Below are positions 28,311 to 39,455 of a stretch of DNA of 64,000 nucleotides, in pieces (the first letter of the stretch is position 1; each line of letters starts with the position of its first letter). The notes under the pieces are model-generated. The model saw nothing but the letters and a program-made list of their open reading frames with translations. It searched no databases and was not told the DNA's origin. The position numbers were made by a program, and so were the translations under genes. The DNA is from Candidatus Zixiibacteriota bacterium. Its GTDB lineage: Bacteria > Zixibacteria > MSB-5A5 > UBA10806 > 4484-95. The stretch spans positions 307,583 to 371,582 of the forward strand of contig JBBIRK010000002.1 of assembly GCA_037441845.1 (NCBI GenBank). Direction: 5' to 3'.

Positions 28311-29726
28311 CTATTTTTTCAGTAACAACGACACCGACTCAATATGATATGTATGGGGGAACATGTCAACGGCTACCGTTCGTTCGAGTTCAAATCCTTT
28401 GTCTATGAGAAAACGCAAATCGCGGGCGAGTGTGGCGGGATTGCAGGAGACATAGACGAGCTTGGCGGGATCGAGTTTGACTATCCCCGGAAGCGCTTTC
28501 GGATGGAGTCCTGCGCGCGGTGGATCGACGACGACGATGTCGGCGGATTCGGCGCCTGCGATAAAATGTTCGACCGGGGCGTGAACGAATTCGATGTCGG
28601 CGATGCCGTTTTCAGCGGCGTTCAGGCGGGCATCGGCAACCGCCCGCGCTTCGGATTCCACGCCCACGACATGGGCTCCGGCGCCGGCCAGGAATATGGC
28701 GATGGTGCCGGTGCCGCAATAGAGATCGAGCATTTTGTCAGTTTTTCGGGGAGCGGCGAATTCGATCACCGTGTCATAGAGAATCTCAGCCTGATAGGAA
28801 TTGGTCTGGAAAAAACTGTCGGGCGAGATTCTGAATCGATAGCGGCCCAATTTTTCGTAAATATATTCCCGTCCCTGGATCAGGCCGTGCGAGAATCCCG
28901 GGGGATACAGGTCCCAGCGGGCGATATTGGCTTTGCGGCTGTTTATCATCCAGAACAACCCGCTGATTTGAGGGAATTCCGCGGCGGTGGATTCGAGTAA
29001 ACCGACGATTTTCCTTTCGCATCCGGCATAATCGGCCGAAGTGACGAGCACAATCATGACTTCACCCGTATGTTTACCCTCGCGGACGATCAAAAACCGC
29101 AGCAATCCGGAATTATTCAGAATGTCGTAGGCGGGCAAAGCCAGGCGAATAGATTCGGCACGGACATGGCGGACGATTTCATTGGATAATTCCGATTGCA
29201 GGTGGCAGGAGTCAAGCTGGAATATATCATGGAACGAACCCAAGCGATGTAAACCGAGAACGAGCTGATCATCGGCTCCGACAGTGAACGAAAATTCCAT
29301 TTTATTGCGATAATAGTAAATTTTGCGGGCGCCCAGCGGCGGTTCGACCGGAGGGTCGGGGATTCCGGCAAGATGAATCAACTGATTTTTCAGCTGCTCG
29401 GCCTTATAGGCCAACTGCCGGTCATAAGCGTAATTCTGCCATCGACAGCCGCCGCAAACCCCGAAGTGGGCGCACACCGGGCTCTGACGAAAAGGCGAAG
29501 GGCTTTCGAGCGCAACGGCAACCGCTTCAAGATACGACTTTCTTCTTCTGGTTATTTTGGCGGAGACGATATCGCCGGGGAGTGCGTTATCGACGAACAC
29601 GATTCTGCCATCGAGTTTGGCGATGCCGCGGCCGCCGTAGGCAAGATCGGTAATTTCAAGCGAGATTGTTTCAGAATCGCGGTACAGAAGACACCCATCA
29701 TTAAACGGTGTTTTCGCGATCGTCAT
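28311..29726 (-). CDS. rlmD: 23S rRNA (uracil-C5)-methyltransferase RlmD/RumA
   Basis: TRAM domain, CAHFGVCGGC Fe-S motif, SFFQTN, LDLYCGTG, DPPRAG, YVSCNP, DMFPHT. Confidence 0.93.
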   Translation of the reverse strand: MTIAKTPFNDGCLLYRDSETISLEITDLAYGGRGIAKLDGRIVFVDNALPGDIVSAKITRRRKSYLEAVAVALESPSPFRQSPVCAHFGVCGGCRWQNYAYDRQLAYKAEQLKNQLIHLAGIPDPPVEPPLGARKIYYYRNKMEFSFTVGADDQLVLGLHRLGSFHDIFQLDSCHLQSELSNEIVRHVRAESIRLALPAYDILNNSGLLRFLIVREGKHTGEVMIVLVTSADYAGCERKIVGLLESTAAEFPQISGLFWMINSRKANIARWDLYPPGFSHGLIQGREYIYEKLGRYRFRISPDSFFQTNSYQAEILYDTVIEFAAPRKTDKMLDLYCGTGTIAIFLAGAGAHVVGVESEARAVADARLNAAENGIADIEFVHAPVEHFIAGAESADIVVVDPPRAGLHPKALPGIVKLDPAKLVYVSCNPATLARDLRFLIDKGFELERTVAVDMFPHTYHIESVSLLLKK

Positions 29727-29792
29727 CGCCCGACGGCGGACATGACGCAACAAGTGCGGGGAATGCGAAAGTTCTTTCGAGCATAAAAAAAG

Positions 29793-29885
29793 CGGAAGGG
29801 ACAGGAATCGAACCTGCCAAAACCGGGATCACCGGTTTCCAACGATTTTGAAGACCGCGGGGGCCACCAGACCCCATCCGCTTCC
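29793..29885 (-). tRNA. selC: tRNA-Sec (anticodon UCA)
   Basis: GGAAG 5' end, 6-bp D-stem with TGGT loop, CTTCAAA anticodon loop, long variable arm, TTCGATT T-loop, G discriminator; CCA not encoded. Confidence 0.93.
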
Positions 29886-29891
29886 AAGGGG

Positions 29892-29920
29892 AAATTAGGC
29901 GTTCGATGGATTACAGGCAA
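29892..29920 (-). promoter_or_regulatory. promoter for selC (TTGCCT-N17-TAATTT)
   Basis: Spacing 17; -10 ends 6 nt before the tRNA 5' end. Confidence 0.5.
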
Positions 29921-29939
29921 GCCAAAAAGAAAAGGAGAA

Positions 29940-30662
29940 TCAAATCGATTTTCCGGGAAGATTCAGCGGGTTATCGACGGCAAGCATCTCTTTTTGAAAA
30001 AACGCCTCGCCGTATTTGACGCCGATCATGTAGCCGTAGCGGCGGTTCTGAATCTCCATGAAATCGAAAATGTTTCTTGCCGGCGGATAAACCTCCCGCT
30101 GACCGGGCTTTTCCTCGAATTGACTTTTATAGCAGGCGACCGCCTCGCATTTACGTTGAAATTGAGCCGTGATATCGATCACGAAAGTGGGTCTTATTTC
30201 CTGAAAGCTGCAGGAATAAATGATCTTGCGCGGTCGGTGAGGTTCGTTTCCGATAGGTAGTTTGCCGAGACCCGCCAAGAAACAGCCGCGGTAACCTATC
30301 AGCCCGGCTGCGGTATGATCGGGGTGACGCTGAGTGCCATAGGGCAGAATCACCAATTGGGGGCGAGTGCGGCAGATGATGCGGGCAACGGCAAGGGCGT
30401 TTTCCTGAGAGTCGAACAGACCGGCATCGGGCAGATTGAGATTTTGGCGGAAGGCCAGACCCATAACCGCGGAAGCGGCATCGGCCTCTTTGCTGCGGGT
30501 TTCGGAATCGCCGCGGCTTCCCGATTCGCCGGCCGTCAGATCGAGGATTCCCACTTTATAGCCGAGATCCACTAATTTGATGATGGTGCCGCCGCTGACT
30601 ATCTCGGTGTCGTCGCGGTGGGCGGCTATGGCGAGCACGTCGAGCTGAGGCGGATTATTCAT
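29940..30662 (-). CDS. bshB1: bacillithiol biosynthesis deacetylase BshB1
   Basis: AHRDDTE..GGT, DLTAGE.G.RG, RHPDH, YKSQF, YGEAF; next to bshA. Confidence 0.9.
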   Translation of the reverse strand: MNNPPQLDVLAIAAHRDDTEIVSGGTIIKLVDLGYKVGILDLTAGESGSRGDSETRSKEADAASAVMGLAFRQNLNLPDAGLFDSQENALAVARIICRTRPQLVILPYGTQRHPDHTAAGLIGYRGCFLAGLGKLPIGNEPHRPRKIIYSCSFQEIRPTFVIDITAQFQRKCEAVACYKSQFEEKPGQREVYPPARNIFDFMEIQNRRYGYMIGVKYGEAFFQKEMLAVDNPLNLPGKSI

Positions 30663-31776
30663 TCATGATTTCCTCGTAATAGTTGAGATATTTTTGGATT
30701 ACATCGCCGATCCTATATTTTTCGAGCACGAGCTGCCGGGCTGCTTGGGAAAACGATTTTGCCATATCGGGACTTTCGAGGATCATCATCGATTTTTCGG
30801 CCATCGCTTGGATGTCCCTCACCGGCGCAAGGAATCCGGTGACGCCGTCGGCGATCAGCTCGGGCAAGCCCCCGATTTCGCTAGCGACCACGGGAACGCC
30901 GCAGCTCATGGCCTCGAGGGCGGCCAGGCCGAAAGCCTCGGAGCCGGAAGGCAAAAGGAAAAGATCGGCTATCGGCAGAATAACGTGAACGCGGTCCTGA
31001 TTGCCCAGAAAAGTCACGAGGTCGGAAAGACCGAGTTCGCGCACGAGACTCATGATATTGCCGATATCGGGCCCATCGCCGACAAGCAACAGGCGGGATG
31101 GAATCCGTTTGCGCACGATGTCGAAAATCCGAACGACATCGATAGCATTTTTAACCGGGCGGTAATTGGACATATGCACGATGATTTTTTCGCCGGGCTT
31201 GGCGAAACGGCTGCGGGCGCATTCCGAAGATTTGGGTTGGAAACGATCTGTATCGACGAAATTCGGAATTACCCGGATATCTTTTTTCAGATTGAACACG
31301 GTTTTGGTTTCATCGTGAAGATACCGGGATACCGCGGTGAGACCATCGGAAGCCTCGAGCGAAAATCTGGTTATCGAGTAGAACGATCGGTCCTGACCTA
31401 TCAGGGTGATATCGGTGCCGTGCAAGGTGGTTACGATTTTGGGAGCATCGGCGCCCAGAACCTTGGCGGCCAGGAATGCGGCCGAGGCGTGGGGAATGGC
31501 GTAATGGGCGTGCAGGATATCGAATCGGTGCCGTTGAGATTCATCGGCCAGACGCGCGGCCAGTGTTTCGGTATAGGGGGGGTATTTGAACAGCGGGTAG
31601 TTAGTGATATCGATTTCGTGAAATATGAAATTGGCCTCGAACGCGCTGAGCCGAAAAGGAAGTTCATAAGAAAAGAAATGAACCTCACAGCCTCTTTTTG
31701 AGAGTCCGATACCGAGTTCGGAGGCGACCACCCCCGAACCACCTCTTACCGGATAACAGATAATGCCGACCTTCAT
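30655..31776 (-). CDS. bshA: N-acetyl-alpha-D-glucosaminyl L-malate synthase BshA
   Basis: [52 protein letters not shown]. Confidence 0.95.
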   Translation of the reverse strand: MKVGIICYPVRGGSGVVASELGIGLSKRGCEVHFFSYELPFRLSAFEANFIFHEIDITNYPLFKYPPYTETLAARLADESQRHRFDILHAHYAIPHASAAFLAAKVLGADAPKIVTTLHGTDITLIGQDRSFYSITRFSLEASDGLTAVSRYLHDETKTVFNLKKDIRVIPNFVDTDRFQPKSSECARSRFAKPGEKIIVHMSNYRPVKNAIDVVRIFDIVRKRIPSRLLLVGDGPDIGNIMSLVRELGLSDLVTFLGNQDRVHVILPIADLFLLPSGSEAFGLAALEAMSCGVPVVASEIGGLPELIADGVTGFLAPVRDIQAMAEKSMMILESPDMAKSFSQAARQLVLEKYRIGDVIQKYLNYYEEIMNE

Positions 31777-33386
31777 AAGTATATCGCCGCGTGTGCGGCA
31801 TGTTCAATATCGAGATTTTCGGCTATGGTGTCAAATATAGATCGTCCGTATTTGCTGACATAATAGACAGGCGAAACGAGGCGTTCCTGGAATTGGTTAT
31901 CGGGGAATAGGTAGTCGTGAGCCTTTTTCAATTGAGCGATGATTTCATTGTGCCTTTTTTTATTGGACGATTTGAGTTTTCTGGCGAGCTCATGGGATTC
32001 GAAATCGATTTTTTTGCGGAAATTGAGAAGCAGATTGGCGCTTTCGGCATTGCCTGCTTGTTGCTGCGCCGCCAGATTTTCGAGATTGCGGCAATAGTCC
32101 GAAGTCAGGAATGTGAGATTATCGGCGGACTCGGCCGGGAACAGACGTTCGATCACCTTTCCGCCCAGGGCGTAGGGATCGGCTTTCAGTTCGGTTGGTT
32201 CAATATCATATTTTTGCAAAATCCGGGCGATGTGCGGCTCTATCAAGGTGGCACCGGGTCGGGGAAAAATTATCGGGTGAGGGATACCGAAAAGCTCGAA
32301 CCAGGGATCGATTTGCGCGAAATAAGCCAATTCGGAGGGTCCCACGATTTGCGCGACGACCGGGAAAGCGTGGCACTGGGCGATGGGTCGAAGCAGAACG
32401 TTGGGGGAAAACGATTCCGGGTGTGCAGATATCAAATCTTGCAATTCCGCGGCAGACCAGCGGTGGTCGGCGCCGTCGGCGATGAAATTATCGCCCTCGG
32501 TGAGGATATTGAATCGTTGGGGGGAGTGATAAAATAAACTCAGCTGACGAGGGGTCTTGTGAACCTGCGCGTGATAACCGGCGGAGACCAGAGTCTGCGA
32601 TCTTTTCTCGTATATTTCGAAAGAACGCCTATGTTCTTTTAAATCGGCTGCGAAAATTGCGGCGAAATGGCTTTTCATGCCCGGTGCGTTCGGATCGACG
32701 AGAACGATGCCCCATTTGCCGAGGAATTTCATGAACAGCTTGCCGAACGCTGCAGTCAGCTTCTCCCCCGGTTCGTAGCAATCGCGGATATTTTCAAGAA
32801 GCGCCGGTTTGAATTCCGAATCGGGAAGTTCGGCGGTCAGGGCATCGATGAATTCGACGATCCGGTCGTCGAGGATAATCGAATCGAGGGGCGATTTGGG
32901 CAGAATCGTGGATGGGTTATATTCGAATTTGATCGAGGAGCCGTTTCTTTCGGGAAAAGCGGTCGAGTTGATTTCGGCGAAATCGTGATCATCGCTGGCT
33001 ATCCAAAAACAAGGAATCACCTTTCTTTTAAGCAAAGACTCGTAATGCCGGGCGAGCTTAGCGGCGGCGAGCGCTTTATAGATGATATACATGGGGCTAA
33101 GAAGCATTCCCGGCTGCTGGCCTGCGAAGACGCATAGCGTCCGCGTATCAGCCAAAGATTCAATGGCGGCCATGGTTTCGCGGCCGGCCTCATACTCGGC
33201 GTTTTGACGAATCAGAATATCGCGAAGGGCGCTGCGCGGGTATGCCCGGGCATCGATCTCCGAGACCGTCGAAAAAATCGATCGAGGCTGGTCGTATGCA
33301 GTCGCAAAGAGCTCTTTCAGCCGCCCGGCCTTGTAATCGGCGTAAAGTTTAGAGGGCGGCGGGAATTCGAGGCATAAGGTTCGCAT
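31773..33386 (-). CDS. bshC: bacillithiol biosynthesis cysteine-adding enzyme BshC
   Basis: GQQPG, FWIASDDHDFAEI, SPNVLLRP, GPSELAYFAQ, QER. Confidence 0.92.
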   Translation of the reverse strand: MRTLCLEFPPPSKLYADYKAGRLKELFATAYDQPRSIFSTVSEIDARAYPRSALRDILIRQNAEYEAGRETMAAIESLADTRTLCVFAGQQPGMLLSPMYIIYKALAAAKLARHYESLLKRKVIPCFWIASDDHDFAEINSTAFPERNGSSIKFEYNPSTILPKSPLDSIILDDRIVEFIDALTAELPDSEFKPALLENIRDCYEPGEKLTAAFGKLFMKFLGKWGIVLVDPNAPGMKSHFAAIFAADLKEHRRSFEIYEKRSQTLVSAGYHAQVHKTPRQLSLFYHSPQRFNILTEGDNFIADGADHRWSAAELQDLISAHPESFSPNVLLRPIAQCHAFPVVAQIVGPSELAYFAQIDPWFELFGIPHPIIFPRPGATLIEPHIARILQKYDIEPTELKADPYALGGKVIERLFPAESADNLTFLTSDYCRNLENLAAQQQAGNAESANLLLNFRKKIDFESHELARKLKSSNKKRHNEIIAQLKKAHDYLFPDNQFQERLVSPVYYVSKYGRSIFDTIAENLDIEHAAHAAIYL

Positions 33387-36300
33387 CAGTCGGCCGTCGT
33401 TTCAGCAGGCAACCCGGATTCAACGGCTGCGGTTCCGGCGGTTTCGATCGCCACCGTTTCGCGGCCGGTAAGGCGTTTTACGATATCATCGAGGATGGTA
33501 TAGACAACCGGCACGACGACCAAAGTCAGAAGCGTCGACGAAATCAAGCCTCCTATAATAGCCCTGGCCATCGGCGCTCGGAATTCGGCGCCCGGCCCGA
33601 GTCCGAAAGCAAGCGGCAAGGCACCGAAAATCATGGCGAATGTGGTCATCAAGATAGGCCTGAGTCGGATCGGTCCAGCGGTCAGCAGGGCCTCGGTTCG
33701 GGGCATTCCTTTGCGGCGGAGCTGTTTGGTGAGATCGATGAGCAGGATTGCGTTTTTGGTCACCAGTCCCATGAGCAAGACGATTCCGATAAGTGACATG
33801 ATCGAGAAAGTCGAGCGCCATATCAAAAGCAGGAACAGTGCGCCGACCACGGCCAGCGGCAAAGACAGCATAATGGCCAAGGGATCGACGAATGACTCGA
33901 ATTGGGAGGCCAAAAGCAGGTAGATGAAAATAATAGCCAGAATAAGGGCGGTGAATATGTTGCTGAACGATTCGGCCATGATTTCGCCCGCGCCGACGAT
34001 TTCGATTTTATACCCCGGCGGGATATTGATTTTGGACAGGTTGGCGGTCACGAAATTCGAGACATCGCTCAAGACGTAACCCTCGGCGAGATTGCAGCCG
34101 ACGGAAGCGGAGCGTTGGCGGTCGTAACGGCGGACGTCGGTGGGGCTGGAGGCGAATTTCAGCGTGGCGACGTTGCCCAACTCGAAATGTGCATTTCCGC
34201 CTTTGACGTCTTTCGTGGAAAATATCCGTATTTGCGCAAGGTCGTCAATATTGCGACGATATTTCGGGTGAAGCATCAACCTGATATTGTATTCTTCGTC
34301 GTTTTCCTTGAGCCGGGAGATATCGACGCCGTCTATCAAATTGCGCACGGTGCCTGCGATGGCGCCTATGGAAAGTCCGAGATCGTTGGCGATGTCACGA
34401 TCGACATGAATTTGCAGTTCGGGTCTTCCCTGCTTTTCGCTGTTCAAGATGTCGACCGCTCCGGGGGCTTGGCGCAACAGGTCCTCCAATTCGTCGGCCA
34501 GCCTGCGGACAACCTCATGCTCCGGCCCTCTGATCGAGTATTCCAATTGCTGCTGGCTTCCCCCCTCGCCGCGCTCCGTGGCGACCTGGATGCTGAGACC
34601 GGCGATCGTCGAGAGGTCTTTTCTGATTTCGGGAATAAGCTGGAAGACGGATTTGGCTCGCTCGTTTTTCGGGTTAAGTTTTACGAAAATATCGCCTTCG
34701 TTGACGTTTCGGTTGCTGCCACCGATACGAGTGAGGATGCTTACCACCTCCGGATATTTTTTCAATTTTCCCTCTATGTCGGCGGCCAGCCGGGCAGTGT
34801 AATCGAGCGATTCGTCGGGGCTCGATTTGAAAGTGATCACCAACTGCGCCTGATCGGTTTGAGGCAGAAACTCGCTGCCGATGAATTTGCCTGCGCCCAG
34901 AGCAATGATGAAAAGAATAGTCGCCAGAGCCAAGGTGGCCAAACGGTGTTCAAGCACCCAGTTCAAAGTCGTCCTGTAACGGCCGTCGAGGTTTTTGAAA
35001 AATCGGTGCCAGTTGCGTAACATGAATTTCACCATGTTGCCGGGGAGATTGATAAGTCCCGGTTTGGATTCGCCGATTTGTTCTTCTTTTTTCAGCCAGC
35101 GCGACGACAGCATCGGGGTGAGTGTGAAGGCGACGAATAATGATACCAGCACCGCACCGGCAACCGTGATGCCGAATTGATAGAAGAAGCGCCCGATTAT
35201 GCCCGACATGAAGGCGACCGGAATGAAAACGACCATGATCGAGAAGGTAGTGGCCATGACAGCCAAGCCGATTTCGGCGGTGGCGTTGCGGGCGGCGGCC
35301 ATCGGTGATTCGCCGCTATCGAGATGGCGGTAGATATTTTCGATCACGACGATGGCGTCGTCTATGAGCAACCCCACGGCCAGCGAAAGACCGAGCAATG
35401 TCATCATGTTTATCGAGAAGCCGAATGCGTTCATCAGAAAGATGGTGCTGATGATCGAGGTCGGAATAGCCAACGCCGAAATGATGGTGGATCGGATATT
35501 GGCCAGAAACAGGAAAATAACGAAGACCGCCAAGAGGCCGCCGTAAATCAGATTGACCACCACGTCGTCTATGGATTCGCGTATGAAAATCGAGTTATCC
35601 TCGACGATTTCGGTCTTGACTCCGGTGGGGATATCTTTTTCGATTTCCTTGAGCCTTTCCTTGATTCCCTCGGCGGTGGCCACGATGTTTGCTCCCGATT
35701 GCCTGATCAGAGCCATCGAGATGGCCGGATTGCCGTTGAGGCGGGACAGACCATTGCGCTCTTTGACGCCATCAACGACGTCCGCTATATCGTGAAGTCT
35801 GATTATTTTTCCGTTCGAGTTGCGAACGATGATTCGGGACAGTTCCTCCGGGGAAGCCGCTCGTCCCATGACCCTGACCATAAGATCGGTTTGGCCCTGA
35901 TTCAATTTGCCGCCGGGGAGTTCGAGATTGGCGGCTCTGACGGCGGCGGCGACTTCATCGGGAGTGATATCGAGGGCGTTGATTTTATCGAGATCGAGCA
36001 ATATCTGGATTTCTCTTTCGCTGCCACCGATGATTTCGACCGAGCCCACACCGGGAACAGTTTCGAGATGGCGTTTCAGGAAGTTTTTAGCGAATCCAGT
36101 CAATTCTTTTTCGGATCTGTCGCCGGATACGGTGATGGTGATGATCGGCTGAGAAGCGGGGTCGTATTTTTGGATGACCGGACTCTCAGCATCGCGGGGA
36201 AGGTCGGCGGCGATTCCGGCGATTTTGTCGCGGACGTCCTGGGCGGCGACATCGGGATCGGTTTCGAGGCTGAATTCTATTATGATTTGGGAAAGCGATT

Positions 36301-36556
36301 CCCGTGAATAAGAAATGATGCGCTTAATACCGGCGATGGTATTGACGACGTCTTCGATTTTTTTGGTGACATCGGTGGCGACGGCCTCGGAGCTGGCTCC
36401 CGGATAGACGGTCATCACGACCACGAACGGGAAATCGACATTGGGGAACAGCTCCACGTTCATTTTGAAGAACGAGGCGAGTCCGAGGACCACCAGGGCG
36501 AGGATCACCATGGTGGCGAACACCGGCCTCTTGATTGCCGTATCAGCGAGATACAT
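33386..36556 (-). CDS. RND efflux transporter permease (AcrB/HAE1 family)
   Basis: [42 protein letters not shown]. Confidence 0.96.
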   Translation of the reverse strand: MYLADTAIKRPVFATMVILALVVLGLASFFKMNVELFPNVDFPFVVVMTVYPGASSEAVATDVTKKIEDVVNTIAGIKRIISYSRESLSQIIIEFSLETDPDVAAQDVRDKIAGIAADLPRDAESPVIQKYDPASQPIITITVSGDRSEKELTGFAKNFLKRHLETVPGVGSVEIIGGSEREIQILLDLDKINALDITPDEVAAAVRAANLELPGGKLNQGQTDLMVRVMGRAASPEELSRIIVRNSNGKIIRLHDIADVVDGVKERNGLSRLNGNPAISMALIRQSGANIVATAEGIKERLKEIEKDIPTGVKTEIVEDNSIFIRESIDDVVVNLIYGGLLAVFVIFLFLANIRSTIISALAIPTSIISTIFLMNAFGFSINMMTLLGLSLAVGLLIDDAIVVIENIYRHLDSGESPMAAARNATAEIGLAVMATTFSIMVVFIPVAFMSGIIGRFFYQFGITVAGAVLVSLFVAFTLTPMLSSRWLKKEEQIGESKPGLINLPGNMVKFMLRNWHRFFKNLDGRYRTTLNWVLEHRLATLALATILFIIALGAGKFIGSEFLPQTDQAQLVITFKSSPDESLDYTARLAADIEGKLKKYPEVVSILTRIGGSNRNVNEGDIFVKLNPKNERAKSVFQLIPEIRKDLSTIAGLSIQVATERGEGGSQQQLEYSIRGPEHEVVRRLADELEDLLRQAPGAVDILNSEKQGRPELQIHVDRDIANDLGLSIGAIAGTVRNLIDGVDISRLKENDEEYNIRLMLHPKYRRNIDDLAQIRIFSTKDVKGGNAHFELGNVATLKFASSPTDVRRYDRQRSASVGCNLAEGYVLSDVSNFVTANLSKINIPPGYKIEIVGAGEIMAESFSNIFTALILAIIFIYLLLASQFESFVDPLAIMLSLPLAVVGALFLLLIWRSTFSIMSLIGIVLLMGLVTKNAILLIDLTKQLRRKGMPRTEALLTAGPIRLRPILMTTFAMIFGALPLAFGLGPGAEFRAPMARAIIGGLISSTLLTLVVVPVVYTILDDIVKRLTGRETVAIETAGTAAVESGLPAETTAD

Positions 36557-37583
36557 CGGCGGACTCCTCGGTTGAAACGATTACGGGTGTACGATCGCGC
36601 AGATTGCCTTTACCCACCACGACCACCAATTCGCCCTGCTCGAGCCCGCTTAAAACCTGGGTTTCATCGCCATCGGTGGGACCGATTTCGATCGATCTGG
36701 CGAAGGCGGTGTCGCGGGCGACGACATAGACCTTGGCGATACCTTCTTCCGAGAACAGGGCGCTGTTTTTCACGGCGAGGACACCTTTGAGATTATCCAA
36801 TATCAACTGGCATTTGGCGAACATGCCGGGTTTGAGGTGACCATCGGGATTTTCCATTTCGATTTCGACTCGAAACAATCTGGTTTCGGGATCAGCCGAG
36901 CGCGCCTTTTCGATGACCCGGGCCTCCACCGGGCTGTCGCCATCGACCGTCACCCGAGCGCTCTGTCCCGATTCGATTTTGGCGATATCGGCGGAATTCA
37001 CGTATATGGTCATTCTCATTTTCGAGGTGGAGGCGATCGTCGCCAAAGGCAGGCCGAGCGGGACCTGTTCGCCGATATTTACTACGATGTCCGTGATGAC
37101 GCCATCGATCGGCGAGGTAAGTTCGACCGATTCGCGGGCGGCGCTGAAATCGGCTTGGGCTACCTCGAAGGCGGTTCGGGCGCTGTTGTAATCATGTTCG
37201 GACACGGCTTTTTGTTCGAACAAGCGGGAGATCTTTTCGAAATTGTCCTTGGCCTGGCGAAAAACCGCCTGCGCCTGATGGTAACGCGAGTTTACACCGA
37301 GTTTATCGAGCAGAATGACCGGCTGACCCTTTTCCACGCGGCTGCCCTCTGGAAATGGGATTTCGACGACCCGTTCGGGAATGATCGCATAGATTTTCGC
37401 CTGCCGGGCGCCCTCGAGAGTGCCGGCGAACGATTTGGAGACGGTGATATCGGACAATCGGGCGGGAGCGACCTTAACCGCCACTCGAGGAACAACGGGA
37501 GCGGTGTCCTTTCCTCCGCCGCAAGCTATCAGCAAAGCCAGAGGGAAAATCAGATAAATGCCATTTAATTTCATAAGCGCCAC
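36543..37583 (-). CDS. RND periplasmic adaptor (MFP) lipoprotein
   Basis: Lipobox LIAC; SPIDG, lipoyl halves, LKPGMF. Confidence 0.93.
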   Translation of the reverse strand: MALMKLNGIYLIFPLALLIACGGGKDTAPVVPRVAVKVAPARLSDITVSKSFAGTLEGARQAKIYAIIPERVVEIPFPEGSRVEKGQPVILLDKLGVNSRYHQAQAVFRQAKDNFEKISRLFEQKAVSEHDYNSARTAFEVAQADFSAARESVELTSPIDGVITDIVVNIGEQVPLGLPLATIASTSKMRMTIYVNSADIAKIESGQSARVTVDGDSPVEARVIEKARSADPETRLFRVEIEMENPDGHLKPGMFAKCQLILDNLKGVLAVKNSALFSEEGIAKVYVVARDTAFARSIEIGPTDGDETQVLSGLEQGELVVVVGKGNLRDRTPVIVSTEESADVSR

Positions 37584-38915
37584 CTACCTTATCAAATCTT
37601 CTTCACCGAGGGCTTTCAGCAAAGCGGCAAGCCCGGTCACGAGATTGTTGAAAGCGATGATTTTATTGGTTTCGGCCGCGGTCAGGGCAACCTCGGCGTC
37701 GAACATTTCGAGTTGGGTTCCGACTCCGTTTTCGAATCTCAAGCGGGCGATGTCGAGTCCGCGGCGAGCCATTTCCACCGTTTCCGATCCGGCGGTCAAG
37801 TTCTCGCGGGCTTTTTGATAATCGTACCAGCATCGCTCGAGCTCCAAAATGAGATTTTCTTCGAGTTCGGTTTCGGAAAGGCGTGAATTGGCCAAGTCGA
37901 TTTTCGCCTGTTTGGCCTGGGAGACGGTCCGCCAGGAATCGAAAATCGGGATGGTTATGGCGATACCGGAATAGGAGCTTCGCTTGAAATCGTCGGAGCC
38001 GGGGAAACGATCAAGATCGCTCTGTGCCTGATATTGCAAAGAAGTTTGAAAAAAGATCGACGGGCGCCAGCCGCCCCAGGCGATAGATACGGCTTTTTTG
38101 TAGATTTCGCTTTGGTAGCGGGCCATCTTGATTTCCGGTCGTTTTTCGAGCATGGCCATACGAGCCGAATCGAGATCAAAGTGCGGCAGCAGGTAGCGAT
38201 CGATTTGCGGGTCTTGAACCAACCGCGGTTTGCTGTCGACCGGCAGGCCGATCAGGTTATTGAGATTTTTATAGGCCAACTCGGCGCCGGCCTCGGCATC
38301 GATTCTATTGGGGCGGGCGTTGGCCAACCGCACCTGAGCCCTTAACACCTCGTAATCGGAAACCAGGCCTTGAGCGAACAGCTTGCGGGTGACCTCGAGG
38401 CCCTCGGCGGCCAATTTTTCGGCCTGAGCGGCGACTCTCAGTAATTCATCGGCCATGATCGCGGCGTAGAACGATTTGATTACTTGTAATTGGAGATTTT
38501 GCCGGGCCAGGCGCAACTGTTCCTGAGTAAGTTTCTTATATGTCTTAGCGATACTAAGCGCGGTGAATACCTTGCCGCCTATATATATCGGCTGCGTCAA
38601 AGTCAATCCCGCGGTGTAGCTGTTGGTAGTACCGAATTTGACTTCCTGAGGACCGTCATCGCCGAAAGGCACGACAAACGTGGGTAATTCCCAGTTGCGG
38701 ACATAATTCAGGGAAGCTTCCAATTGCGGCAATGCGGACGACTGGGCCTCCGTAACCCGCCATCCCGCCTTTTCATGTTCCTTGACGGCCCGCAGATACT
38801 CCTCGTTGTTTTGCAATCCGAGTTGGATTGCCTGCTCGAGAGTGAGATCCATCTGAGCCGCCGATGTTCCAGTGATCAATAAAGCGATCCAAAAAGCAAA
38901 AATCGTTTTCCTCAC
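37584..38915 (-). CDS. TolC-family outer membrane efflux protein
   Basis: Signal peptide, LTLEQAI, duplicated OEP repeats, RFENG..T.LE. Confidence 0.93.
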   Translation of the reverse strand: MRKTIFAFWIALLITGTSAAQMDLTLEQAIQLGLQNNEEYLRAVKEHEKAGWRVTEAQSSALPQLEASLNYVRNWELPTFVVPFGDDGPQEVKFGTTNSYTAGLTLTQPIYIGGKVFTALSIAKTYKKLTQEQLRLARQNLQLQVIKSFYAAIMADELLRVAAQAEKLAAEGLEVTRKLFAQGLVSDYEVLRAQVRLANARPNRIDAEAGAELAYKNLNNLIGLPVDSKPRLVQDPQIDRYLLPHFDLDSARMAMLEKRPEIKMARYQSEIYKKAVSIAWGGWRPSIFFQTSLQYQAQSDLDRFPGSDDFKRSSYSGIAITIPIFDSWRTVSQAKQAKIDLANSRLSETELEENLILELERCWYDYQKARENLTAGSETVEMARRGLDIARLRFENGVGTQLEMFDAEVALTAAETNKIIAFNNLVTGLAALLKALGEEDLIR

Positions 38916-38976
38916 GCCAATTCCTTTCCCGCGGATATTGCCTGTCGAGGTCGACCGTCCGAACGTTCCGGCCTAA

Positions 38977-39441
38977 TCAGACCAGGGCCGCCAGCTCCTT
39001 GCGCAATTTATCGACATCAGTCGGTAATTCGAGAGCCGCCCGATGCCTCACTGAACCCTCGTGGCCGATACAGAACGCGATCGGGTGGTAGGCCGGCCTG
39101 GCCGAGGCGGTGTTTACGACGCTGAACAATCTGCCGGCGTTAAGATCGTGATCGCAAAAGCATCGGAAATCAAGGCGGTTTTTCTTTTTGAACTCGTCCG
39201 CCTGTCGGCTTTTCAGGGGCATAATGATCGATATTTTATATTCGAACCCGGAGGCGGAACGCGGCAGCCCTTTCTGCAAATTGGAGACGATCCCTACTCC
39301 GTTGTCGTCGGGGTTGAGAAATGCAAGCAGAGTGTAACGATCCCCGGAGCGATCGATGGGATCGCCCATTTCGAAATTCGAATCGGGCAGTTGGAACCGG
39401 GGAGCGATAAAACCGACCCTAATCACATTTACATTATCCAT
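38977..39441 (-). CDS. AhpC/TSA-like redoxin-fold protein lacking the peroxidatic Cys
   Basis: VG..APRFQLPD, LDFRCFCD.D, IG.EG.VR; no PxxxTxxC or CxxC. Confidence 0.6.
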   Translation of the reverse strand: MDNVNVIRVGFIAPRFQLPDSNFEMGDPIDRSGDRYTLLAFLNPDDNGVGIVSNLQKGLPRSASGFEYKISIIMPLKSRQADEFKKKNRLDFRCFCDHDLNAGRLFSVVNTASARPAYHPIAFCIGHEGSVRHRAALELPTDVDKLRKELAALV

Positions 39442-39455
39442 CTCAAAATCTCCTG

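Noticed and set aside
29723..29920. 65-aa minus-strand ORF
   Set aside because: It is the tRNA-Sec sequence read as protein
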